Part shown: positions 19,184-27,646 of the stretch, one piece after another
How positions within the stretch are numbered: position 1 is the stretch's first letter
Layout: each line of letters begins with the position of its first letter
DNA from: Gemmatimonadota bacterium
GTDB taxonomy: Bacteria > Gemmatimonadota > Gemmatimonadetes > Palauibacterales > KS3-K002
DNA length: 56,431 bases
Assembly: GCA_039588075.1 (NCBI GenBank)
Contig: JBDHAL010000019.1
Span: forward strand, 1 to 56,431
Direction: 5' to 3'
The notes under the pieces: model-generated
Databases searched by the model: none
Seen by the model: the letters and a program-made list of their open reading frames with translations, nothing else
Told to the model about the DNA's origin: nothing
Made by a program: the position numbers and the translations under genes

Positions 19184-21024
19184 GGAGTGAAGGGATGTCT
19201 CCGAAGCGTTTGAAGATTCTGCTCGCGACCCTGGTGGCATTGGCCGCCATCCTGGTCTATGCGAATTCGCTGGGGAATGATTTCGCATACGACGATGACG
19301 GCGTCATCTACAATCGAGAGTCGGTCCATGGTCTGAGCAACCTCCCAGAACTCCTGGTCGAGCCGTACTGGCCCGAACCCATGTTCGATGAGGAGCTGTA
19401 CCGTCCGTTGATCCTGCTGACCTACGCCGTCGACTGGAAAATCTGGAACGGGAAGCCATTCGGCTTTCACCTGGTCAACGTCTTACTGCACGCGGCCGTC
19501 AGCGTTCTCCTGGCCCTGTTGCTGCTCCGCTTCTTCTCTTGGAGGGGCGCCCTCGCCGGCGGCCTGATCTTCGCCGTTCACTCCGTTCACACGGAAGCCG
19601 TCGCCAACATCGTTGGCCGTGCAGAACTGATGGTGGCGTTCTTCGCCCTGATCGCCGCTCTCATCTACACGCGGTCGGTCAGGGACGGCCGCATCTCGGC
19701 CCGCTGGGTCGCTCTGATCGTCCTGTGTTACGTGCTGGCGAGCTTCTCGAAGGAGCTTGGCGTTGTCATCCCGGGTCTACTTCTGGCGACCGATCTGCCA
19801 TTGATCGGTCGCCGGCAGGCCGGGACGCTGAAGCAGTTCGTGCGGGTCCGGCTGCCCCTGTTCGTCGTCCTGACGGCGACCCTGGCCGGTTATCTCGTGA
19901 TCCGCTGGGCGGTGCTCGGCGCGTCGGTTGAGAGCGTGCCGGACCGCATCTTCGCGATCGACAATAGCTTTGCCACGCGCTTCTTCACGATGTCGAGGGT
20001 TTGGGTTCGGTACGTCAATCTGTTGCTGTTCCCGCTCGACCTCTCGGCGGACTACAGCCCCGCGGTCATTCTACCGGCCGAGCACCTGACCGGTCTCGGC
20101 GTGGTCGGCATCGCCGTCGTTCTCGGATCGGCCGTCGTGTCGGTCGCCAGCCTGCGCAAGTTTCCGGAGATCGGGATGGCCGCTCTTTGGATAGCCATCG
20201 CGCTGCTTCCCGTGTCGAACCTGGTTATCACGGCGAACATCGTCTTGGCCGAGCGCACGCTCTACCTGGCGTCGGCGGCGGTGTCATTCCTGGCGGCGCT
20301 GCTGCTCGAGAGGGCGGCCCCTGCCTATCGCCGGTTCGTGGCCATCGGCATGGCTCTGTGGATCGTAGGCTTCTCCATCGTCACTGTGCGGCGCAACCCG
20401 GTTTGGGAGAATACAGACACGGTGTTCGAGGACCTGCGTCGCAATCACCCTGAGTCTTCGCGGCTGCTCTACGGCATCGGACTCACTTATGACATGCGCG
20501 GTGAGTGGGACGAGGCGGTCAAGTGGTACCGAAAATCCCTGGCCATATGGCCCTACGCAAAGACGCACCTGAGACAGTTCACCCGCAATCTGTATGAGCG
20601 TGGCCAGTACGAGGAGGCTGCCTACTGGACGCGCATCGCACTTCAGATTCAGCCAGAAAAGCTCCGACATCACTACGTCCTCTCGCTTTGCCTGGTGCGC
20701 GGAGGTGACCCGACCGGCGGTCTCGAGGCGATCGAACGGGCCTTCGCCATCGTCGGGCCGAACGCCGCCCTCTATACCCTGCAGGCCGAGGCCTACGCCC
20801 AGCTCGGCGATCTGGAACGCGCGGTGCTCGCGCAGGAGGCCGCCGTCAGGGGCCGCAGGCCGGAACCTGATTGGGAGTCTTGGCACCGGTTGGCCTCACT
20901 GCGGGCCCAAGCGGGCGACACCGTGGCGGCCCTCATCTACCTGGAGCAGGCCCGGCGGTCCGAAGGTGCCGATCCGCTGGTCGCTGACTCGCTGGAGGCC
21001 GAGTGGCGTGGCCTAATCCGTTGA
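19180..21024 (+). CDS. TMTC/DUF1736-like protein O-glycosyltransferase with C-terminal TPR repeats
   Basis: YANSLGNDFAYDD, YRPL, FHLVNVLLHA, FAVHSVHTEAVANIVGRAEL, SKELG, LSADYS, AERTLYL, RNPVW, then TPR helices. These match the conserved TMTC motif order. Confidence 0.85.
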   Translation: MRSEGMSPKRLKILLATLVALAAILVYANSLGNDFAYDDDGVIYNRESVHGLSNLPELLVEPYWPEPMFDEELYRPLILLTYAVDWKIWNGKPFGFHLVNVLLHAAVSVLLALLLLRFFSWRGALAGGLIFAVHSVHTEAVANIVGRAELMVAFFALIAALIYTRSVRDGRISARWVALIVLCYVLASFSKELGVVIPGLLLATDLPLIGRRQAGTLKQFVRVRLPLFVVLTATLAGYLVIRWAVLGASVESVPDRIFAIDNSFATRFFTMSRVWVRYVNLLLFPLDLSADYSPAVILPAEHLTGLGVVGIAVVLGSAVVSVASLRKFPEIGMAALWIAIALLPVSNLVITANIVLAERTLYLASAAVSFLAALLLERAAPAYRRFVAIGMALWIVGFSIVTVRRNPVWENTDTVFEDLRRNHPESSRLLYGIGLTYDMRGEWDEAVKWYRKSLAIWPYAKTHLRQFTRNLYERGQYEEAAYWTRIALQIQPEKLRHHYVLSLCLVRGGDPTGGLEAIERAFAIVGPNAALYTLQAEAYAQLGDLERAVLAQEAAVRGRRPEPDWESWHRLASLRAQAGDTVAALIYLEQARRSEGADPLVADSLEAEWRGLIR

Positions 21025-21180
21025 GGGATAACGGCTTGGAAGCGTCTTGGGCATTGGAGTGGCGTGATGCGACGACCCTTGCAGAATGCGCTTGGATTCC
21101 GGGCGAACGGCGGGTTGCGCGAGCGGCTGTATGCGGAGTAACCTGTTGCGGGTCATGAAGTTGGGCCTATAAGGCCGAGG

Positions 21181-21197
21181 CTGGTCCCGATCTTGCC
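21181..21197 (+). promoter_or_regulatory. sigma54 -24/-12 promoter of pilA (CTGGTCCCGATCTTGCC)
   Basis: TGG-N10-GC with TTGC at -12, about 65 bp before a strong RBS/ATG (AAGGAGG). Consistent with PilR control. Confidence 0.7.
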
Positions 21198-21262
21198 CAT
21201 GAGTGGGCGGAAGGTAGTCTGAATAGGATCTACCGCGGTAGTGACTCACAAAGGAGGACTAG

Positions 21263-21643
21263 ATGGTACGGAACACTAAGGGCTTCACCTTGATCGAGCT
21301 GCTGATCGTGGTGGTGATCATCGGCATTCTGGCCGCGATCGCCATCCCGAAGTTCGCGAACACCAAGGAGAAAGCTTACGTCTCGGCGATGAAGTCGGAC
21401 TTGCGGAACCTGGCGGCTGCTGAGGAGGCGTATTTCGCCGACTACCTGCAGTACTCGAGCACGGCCGGGATCGACTTCAACCAGACCAAGGGTGTCACGG
21501 TCACGGCGACGGGTGACGGCACGGGCTGGCAGGCGACTGCCACGCACAGCGGCGTCAGCACGGCGGGCTTCGACTGTGAGATCTATTATGGAGCAGCGGG
21601 CAGCAGCGGTGCTCCCACCGAGGGTGTGATCGACTGCGGCTAA
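21263..21643 (+). CDS. pilA: Type IVa major pilin
   Basis: Class III signal KG|FTLIELLIVVVIIGILAAIAIP (E5, P22), C-terminal Cys pair, own promoter, RBS and terminator. Confidence 0.92.
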   Translation: MVRNTKGFTLIELLIVVVIIGILAAIAIPKFANTKEKAYVSAMKSDLRNLAAAEEAYFADYLQYSSTAGIDFNQTKGVTVTATGDGTGWQATATHSGVSTAGFDCEIYYGAAGSSGAPTEGVIDCG

Positions 21644-21669
21644 GCGGTTGACCATTCTTTGGTAAAGGG

Positions 21670-21702
21670 TAGCGCGGAGGGTGACCTCCGCGCTATTCTT
21701 TT
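21670..21702 (+). terminator. Intrinsic terminator after pilA
   Basis: TAGCGCGGAGG-GTGA-CCTCCGCGCTA (11-bp perfect stem, GNRA loop) followed by TTCTTTT. Confidence 0.85.
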
Positions 21703-21779
21703 GGGGGTACCCCCGCCTTGGCTGGCACGGCCGGCAGAAGGTTCCCCCACAGTACAAACCAATCCCCCGCTGGGAGCAT

Positions 21780-23039
21780 GTGAAAGCGGTTGCATCACTG
21801 CGTCGTGAGCTGATCGTCGCCTTGGCCCTGCTGCTCGTTGGAGCTTTGGGTCTGGCGGCTGTCGCCGTACTCCTCTGGCTGCCCATCGGCGGTTCGATCG
21901 AGAGCATCGTCCTGTTTCTGGTTGTCCTGGTGGCGCTGGATGTCGGGACTTTCATCGTCTTCGGCGACTACCTTCTCCGGGGGATGGTGCTCAAGCCGGT
22001 TCGCGCGATCGTGCACGGCGCCGAAGCCATCGCCCGCGAAGACTACTCGCGCCGCATCAGCGTCCAAGGTGCGCAGGAGCTGGAGCGGCTGGCGGCCAGC
22101 GTGAACGAGCTGGCCGAGAAGCTGATCCAAAACGAAAAGCGGCTGAGCGAGAACATTCAGTCCTTGAACGACGTCAACCGGGCGCTCACCGAGGCCCGGG
22201 ACGAGTTGGTCAGGGCAGAGAAACTGGCTTCGGCCGGGCAACTGGCCGCCGGGATCGCTCACGAGATCGGCAACCCGCTGGGCGCGGTCCTGGGATACCT
22301 GGAGGTCGCCGAGCGGCGCCCGAAAATCGGTCAGGACCTGGTGGACGACATGCGTCGTGAGGCCCGACGTATTGACAGAATCGTCAAAGGCCTCTTGGAT
22401 TACGCTCGACCCCGGCAGCCGGCGCCCCGGCCGATCGAGGTCAACGACGTCGTACGCGGGGCTCTGGAGCTGGTCGAGGCGCAGGGCCACTTCAAGGAGA
22501 TCGACCTCGTCTTGGATCTCAGTGAAGAGGTCACCGCGGTCTTCGCCGACCCTCATCAGCTCGAGCAGATCATGGTGAACCTGCTCCTGAATGCGGCGCA
22601 GGCTGTCGACGGTCGCAGCGGCAACCAGGTCAGGGTGGGCACCGAGACCGTGCCGTACAAGATCAGCGCGCCGCCCGCCCGGCGGCGTGACGATCCACCC
22701 GGGATCGACTACTCACACCTGCGCAGGCTGCAGGCCCGGCGCGAAGGGCTGACGCCGCCGCCCTTCACCATGGGCTCGAAGGTCGTGGAGATTGCGATCG
22801 AGGACAACGGGCCGGGAATACCGACGGAGATTCTGGACCGGGTGTTCGATCCGTTCTTCAGTACCAAGGAGACCGGCCAGGGTACCGGCCTGGGTCTGGC
22901 CGTTTCGGCCCGCCTGATCGAGGGAATGGGTGGGACCATCAGGGTCGTGTGCCCCGAGGCCGGTGGCGCCACCTTCTCGGTTCTGTTGCCCGTGGCCACA
23001 GTCGAAATGGAAAAAGACGAAACTGAGGAAGAGGAATAG
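21780..23039 (+). CDS. HAMP-domain sensor histidine kinase (PilS2-like)
   Basis: Two TM helices, HAMP, EKLASAGQLAAGIAHEIGNPL, DNGPGI, GTGLGL. Start moved to GTG 21780 (GGGAG RBS) because the track start lies inside the terminator. Confidence 0.85.
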   Translation: MKAVASLRRELIVALALLLVGALGLAAVAVLLWLPIGGSIESIVLFLVVLVALDVGTFIVFGDYLLRGMVLKPVRAIVHGAEAIAREDYSRRISVQGAQELERLAASVNELAEKLIQNEKRLSENIQSLNDVNRALTEARDELVRAEKLASAGQLAAGIAHEIGNPLGAVLGYLEVAERRPKIGQDLVDDMRREARRIDRIVKGLLDYARPRQPAPRPIEVNDVVRGALELVEAQGHFKEIDLVLDLSEEVTAVFADPHQLEQIMVNLLLNAAQAVDGRSGNQVRVGTETVPYKISAPPARRRDDPPGIDYSHLRRLQARREGLTPPPFTMGSKVVEIAIEDNGPGIPTEILDRVFDPFFSTKETGQGTGLGLAVSARLIEGMGGTIRVVCPEAGGATFSVLLPVATVEMEKDETEEEE

Positions 23040-23042
23040 TAA

Positions 23043-24407
23043 GTGAATGTACTGGTCATAGACGATGAAGCCGGGGTGCGTCGCACCCTGTCGATGATCC
23101 TCGAGGATGAGGGCTACCAGGTCATCACCGCTTCCGATGGCAAGGAAGGGCTCGAACGCGCCCTCAAGGAAGAGCCCGACCTCATCCTCTGCGACATTCG
23201 AATGCCGCGGGTCGATGGGCTCGAGTTCCTGGAGCAGTACCGGAAGAAGAACGGGCAGGCCCTCGTTATTACTATCACCGCCTACGGCAGCAACGAGCTG
23301 GCTGTCGAAGCGATGAAGAAGGGCGCCTACGACTACCTGCCAAAGCCGTTCACCACGGCCGAGGTCGTGCTCACGCTGAAGAAGGCGGAGGAGCGAGAGA
23401 AGCTTCGGCGCGAGGTCAGTCGGCTACGCAAGCGAGTCAAGGCGGACGAACGATACCCGGAGATCGTTGCCAAGAGCGCCGGGATGCGAGAGGCGGTCGA
23501 GCTCAGCACCAAAGTGGCGCAGCACCCATCAACTGTGCTCATCACCGGCGAAAGCGGTACCGGCAAGGAGTTGATCGCCCGCCTCACCCACGGTGCGAGC
23601 CCACGAGCCTCGCGGCCGTTCGTGCCGATCAACTGCGGAGCTATTCCGGAGAACCTGCTCGAGTCGGAACTGTTTGGTCACGTCAAGGGCGCTTTCACGG
23701 GCGCACACACCGATAGGGCCGGCCTTTTCGAAGAAGCGGACGGCGGAACACTCTTCCTGGACGAAATCGGTGAGTTGCCGTCCCAGCTGCAGGTGAAGCT
23801 GTTGCGGGCTCTGCAGGAAGGCGAGATTCGGCGTGTCGGCGACAGCACCGACAAAAAGGTGGACGTCCGCATCATCGCCGCCACGGCCCGTGATCTGGAA
23901 CAAGAGGTCCGGGAAGGGAACTTCAGATCCGATCTCTACTATCGGATAAACGTTGTGCGCATCCATCTGCCGCCGCTGCGACAGCGGACCGAGGATACGC
24001 CGCCTCTGACTCGGCACTTCATCGAGAAGTTCTCCAAGCAGCTCGGCATCGATGTGAACGGCTTCGAGCCGGCCGCCATGAAGCTGTTGCTCGCTCATCC
24101 TTGGTACGGCAACGTCCGCCAGCTCGAGAACGTCGTCGAACGGGCCATGGTGCTGGCCGAGAGCCCGACGATAAGGCCCGAGGACCTTCCCGATTTCATC
24201 CGTCACCCGGAGACCGCCGTCGAGGGGCCGATGGAGGCGCTGCCGGCGGACGAGCTATCTATCAAGAAACAGACGGCCGAACTCGAGCGACGTCTCATCG
24301 GGCGCGCCCTCCAGATCACCGATGGCAACCGCACCAAGGCCGCCGAGCTGCTCGATCTCAGTTATCGGGCTCTGCTGTACAAGATTCGGGACTACGGACT
24401 GGACTAG
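23043..24407 (+). CDS. sigma54-dependent response regulator (PilR2-like)
   Basis: REC (IDDE, CDIRMP), [24 protein letters not shown] and Fis HTH. Confidence 0.88.
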   Translation: MNVLVIDDEAGVRRTLSMILEDEGYQVITASDGKEGLERALKEEPDLILCDIRMPRVDGLEFLEQYRKKNGQALVITITAYGSNELAVEAMKKGAYDYLPKPFTTAEVVLTLKKAEEREKLRREVSRLRKRVKADERYPEIVAKSAGMREAVELSTKVAQHPSTVLITGESGTGKELIARLTHGASPRASRPFVPINCGAIPENLLESELFGHVKGAFTGAHTDRAGLFEEADGGTLFLDEIGELPSQLQVKLLRALQEGEIRRVGDSTDKKVDVRIIAATARDLEQEVREGNFRSDLYYRINVVRIHLPPLRQRTEDTPPLTRHFIEKFSKQLGIDVNGFEPAAMKLLLAHPWYGNVRQLENVVERAMVLAESPTIRPEDLPDFIRHPETAVEGPMEALPADELSIKKQTAELERRLIGRALQITDGNRTKAAELLDLSYRALLYKIRDYGLD

Positions 24408-24576
24408 ACCAGTCCGGACACGTCGCCACGTTTTTGCCGGCGGACGGGCGCCTTCCGCCGCCGGCGTTGACCTTTCTTTGATACCCTCCTGTTAGTCTGA
24501 CCCTTACAGAAGCCGGTCCGCGGGCGATCGCTTGCCCGGGTAGCCGCGCCGTCCTCCTATCCCAGGATTTGCAGCG

Positions 24577-25053
24577 ATGAGACGCCTGCAAGGAGCCTCG
24601 TTATTGGAAACGCTTCTGGTGATCGCGGTCTTTGGTGTCCTCGTGTTGATCGCATTCCCCAGGCTGGCTGAAATGCAGGCGCGAGTGAGCGTCGCGACGG
24701 CCCGCGATGCGTTCGCCGCCACGCACGCTTTGGCACGGCAGGTCTCGGGGCAGTACGGAGGCCTGTCCAGGCTACATCTGGACCCCGACGAAAACAGATT
24801 CTGGGTGACGGTAGACACCAGCTCGGTGCCCGGTGTGGTCGCTCTGGATACGGTGAGGCCGGTCGTCGATGTGGCTGACAGGTTTGCCGGCGTCACCATC
24901 GATGCCGCGGCCAGAGTCTTCTGTTTCGATCCACGCGGCCTGGCGACGGCGCGCGGCGACTGTGACCTGCCGAATACAACTCTCGTGTTCAGGAGTGGAG
25001 GTGTGGCAGACACCGTCACCACGTCGAGGCTCGGCAGGTTGCGCAGGCGGTGA
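24577..25053 (+). CDS. FimT/FimU (GspH-like) minor pilin
   Basis: QG|ASLLETLLVIAVFGVLVLIAFP, C-terminal FDPRGLA and ...LGR. Confidence 0.75.
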   Translation: MRRLQGASLLETLLVIAVFGVLVLIAFPRLAEMQARVSVATARDAFAATHALARQVSGQYGGLSRLHLDPDENRFWVTVDTSSVPGVVALDTVRPVVDVADRFAGVTIDAAARVFCFDPRGLATARGDCDLPNTTLVFRSGGVADTVTTSRLGRLRRR

Positions 25054-25403
25054 TGAAGCGGACGGAAGGTCCCCGAGCGAAGGGTTTCACGCTGATCGAG
25101 GTACTCGTCGCTCTGGTCGTTCTTACCGTTGGTCTTCTAGGCCTCTCGGCCACTGCTGCCATGGTCGCTTCCGAGATGAGAGCGTCGCACCTGCGAACCA
25201 GGGTCAAGGCACGGGCGCAGGCGGAGCTTGAGTGGCTGCTGGCCTCCGGCGCCGAGGGGCCTGGAGAAATAAGGGAAGATGGAGTACGGATCGTTTGGGA
25301 GGTTGGCGGGGCGAGCCTGCGAGAGATAAGCCTGGTCGTCGAGCTGAGCACCGGGCGAGGAAGCTTCGCGGATACGCTCGTCGCGCTGGTGCGCGCTCCG
25401 TGA
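25050..25403 (+). CDS. PilV-like minor pilin
   Basis: KG|FTLIEVLVALVVLTVGLLGL. Confidence 0.8.
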   Translation: MMKRTEGPRAKGFTLIEVLVALVVLTVGLLGLSATAAMVASEMRASHLRTRVKARAQAELEWLLASGAEGPGEIREDGVRIVWEVGGASLREISLVVELSTGRGSFADTLVALVRAP

Positions 25404-26272
25404 AGTGCTCGCCGATCGTGCGGGCGATCCCGAAAGAGGTGGAAGGGAAGGCGAGAGATTGGCTTTGCGGTGGGTATACGCTCATCGAGGTGGCGACAGC
25501 GTTGATTCTCTTCTCTATCGTGTTGGCCGCCGCTCACGCCGTTCTTCTTGGGCAGCGCCGGTTCTATACAGCCAGTGTGCTGATTTCCGATGCCCGCGAT
25601 GCCGCCAGGAGCGCTGCGGAAGTCTTGGCCGGGGAGCTCAGGGCCGTCAGCCCGTCAGCCGGTGATTTCTACGCCATCGCTTCCGACAGCGTTGCCTTGC
25701 GGTCCACCGTTGGGGTTGGGGTCGTCTGCGCCGTCTCCGGTAACGGTGTTGGTTTGCGACGGATCGCCGGCAGCATCGGGGCCTCCCCGGCCGACAGCGC
25801 CATGGTCTTCCTCGAGCGAGATCCGGACTCGGCGTTCGACGACCGATGGGATGTCCTGCCCATCCTGCGGGCCGGCCGTGGCGGAGGTGGCCTGTGCCCC
25901 GACGGTCGCTTAGCGGATCTCGATCTCGACTTCGGCGGCCCCGCCCATGGAGCGACAATCGGCTCTCCGCTTCGCGCCTTCCGTCCGTATGTGTACAAGC
26001 TCTACGCCGGGCCGGCGGGGCACTGGTGGCTTGGCCGCCGGCTGCGCGGTGGTGTGATCCAGCCAGTGGCGGGGCCTTTTCTGGCGCCCGCCGATCGAGG
26101 GCTCAGGCTAGAGTACGTCGATGATTCGGGGGCCCCGACGTGGGAGCCGAGAGAGGTGGCCCGGGTTCGAATCTTCTTGACGGCGAGAAGCCAGGTGCCA
26201 GGCGCACCGTCGTTCGTCGCGAAGTTCTTCACCGACTCCATCTTCACGGCCGTGTATCTGAGAAACCCGTGA
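25400..26272 (+). CDS. PilW-like minor pilin
   Basis: GG|YTLIEVATALILF, ELRA segment, C-terminal VYLRN. Start GTG 25400 overlaps the previous stop. Confidence 0.75.
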   Translation: MKCSPIVRAIPKEVEGKARDWLCGGYTLIEVATALILFSIVLAAAHAVLLGQRRFYTASVLISDARDAARSAAEVLAGELRAVSPSAGDFYAIASDSVALRSTVGVGVVCAVSGNGVGLRRIAGSIGASPADSAMVFLERDPDSAFDDRWDVLPILRAGRGGGGLCPDGRLADLDLDFGGPAHGATIGSPLRAFRPYVYKLYAGPAGHWWLGRRLRGGVIQPVAGPFLAPADRGLRLEYVDDSGAPTWEPREVARVRIFLTARSQVPGAPSFVAKFFTDSIFTAVYLRNP

Positions 26273-27471
26273 GTCGCCAACGCCGCCTCGTCAATTCCGT
26301 CGTGCCTGATCGGCACCGGACCCCGAGTCCCCCGGGGATCGCTCTCGTTGCGGCCGTCTGTGCTCTCGCGATCTCGGGCCTCATGGTCGCCGCCGGCTTC
26401 CTGCTCGCCGGCCACCAGTTTCGCATCGGCACCGGCGGCACCCAGGCGAGCTCGGCGTTCTATGCCGCCGAGGCGGGTCTCAATGCCGCCATCGTCGGAT
26501 GGGATCTCGATAGAGTTGCGGCGCTCGAACCCGGCGCGACAACCGTCGTCGCGACGGGGAGACTTTCATCAGGCGATCGCTACGTCGCGCGCCTGACGCG
26601 ACTCGATGACGCCAGGGACGAAAGAGTGGCGTTCCACCTCTTGGGCTCGACCGGGCTGGCCCATGGACCGCGTGGTGGCCGCCGGCGGGTTGCCTTGTTC
26701 CTGCACGCTCACGATCCTGGCGACGTCTGCTGCGCCGCCGCACTGACAACTCGAGGCTCGGTAGTGGTGGGTGGCGGCGCGGCCATCAGCGGCCATGACT
26801 CGACGCCCGCTACCTGGGAATCGGTCCCGGGCCTCTGCGAAGATTCGGCTGGTCTGGCCAGTCCCGGGCTGATCATCGACGAAGCCGAACTCATCGTCCG
26901 GCGCGAGAACGGTCTCATCGATGGGAACCCTCCGGTATTGGAGGTCCCCGGCGATCAGCTGGAGCGGGTGGCCGAGACGCTTTGGGGACGGCTAGCGGCG
27001 GTGGGACCGGACATCGAGTATCCCGGCGGCCTGACGCTGGGTCGCCTCGGACCGGTGACTCGATCCGACGGCGGTTGCGACATTGCCGTCTCGCTGAACT
27101 GGGGCGCGCCTCGATCGCCGGACCACCCCTGTTTCGACTATCTCCCTGTCATCCATGCGGCCGGCAATCTGACCATCACCTCACCCGGGAGCGGCCAGGG
27201 CATCCTCCTCGTGGATGGGGACCTCTTTATCGGGGGCGGTTTCCAGTTCTTCGGATTGGTCCTGGTTCGTGGCCGTCTCGCCATCGGCCTCGGCGGTGCC
27301 CGGGTCATGGGCGGCACCCTCGTCCAGAGCGAGCGGCTCGGGGGCTTGGATCTCGCCAACGCGACCCGTTTCGGGTTCAGCTCATGCGCCATCGACCGGG
27401 CCCTCCAAAGCCCGAAACTCCATTTACCGCACCCCCTTGCGCAATTTGCCTGGTTAGAGATATTGGAGTAG
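26269..27471 (+). CDS. PilX-like minor pilin
   Basis: PG|IALVAAV (no E5), AFYAAEAGL, C-terminal GQGILLVDGDL...GLVLVRG. Start GTG 26269 overlaps the previous stop. Confidence 0.75.
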   Translation: MSRQRRLVNSVVPDRHRTPSPPGIALVAAVCALAISGLMVAAGFLLAGHQFRIGTGGTQASSAFYAAEAGLNAAIVGWDLDRVAALEPGATTVVATGRLSSGDRYVARLTRLDDARDERVAFHLLGSTGLAHGPRGGRRRVALFLHAHDPGDVCCAAALTTRGSVVVGGGAAISGHDSTPATWESVPGLCEDSAGLASPGLIIDEAELIVRRENGLIDGNPPVLEVPGDQLERVAETLWGRLAAVGPDIEYPGGLTLGRLGPVTRSDGGCDIAVSLNWGAPRSPDHPCFDYLPVIHAAGNLTITSPGSGQGILLVDGDLFIGGGFQFFGLVLVRGRLAIGLGGARVMGGTLVQSERLGGLDLANATRFGFSSCAIDRALQSPKLHLPHPLAQFAWLEILE

Positions 27472-27511
27472 GGCTGTTCGGCGGCCCTATCTTTATCCCC
27501 CCCCGCCGTAG

Positions 27512-27540
27512 TTGACAAAGTGGCTACGGGGGGCTATCAT
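27512..27540 (+). promoter_or_regulatory. sigma70-type promoter of pilMNOPQ
   Basis: TTGACA-17 bp-TATCAT. Confidence 0.7.
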
Positions 27541-27646
27541 TCAGAGCCCTACCCCTAGGTCCCACTACAGCTTAGTAGCCTTCGCTTTCACCGTCGCATG
27601 AGGTCGAGCGAGCTTTCACCTTAGGAACCTAGACCTTTCGACACCT

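Noticed and set aside
21721-21740. TGGCACG as a sigma54 promoter for the second kinase
   Set aside because: No GC at the required GG-N10-GC spacing.
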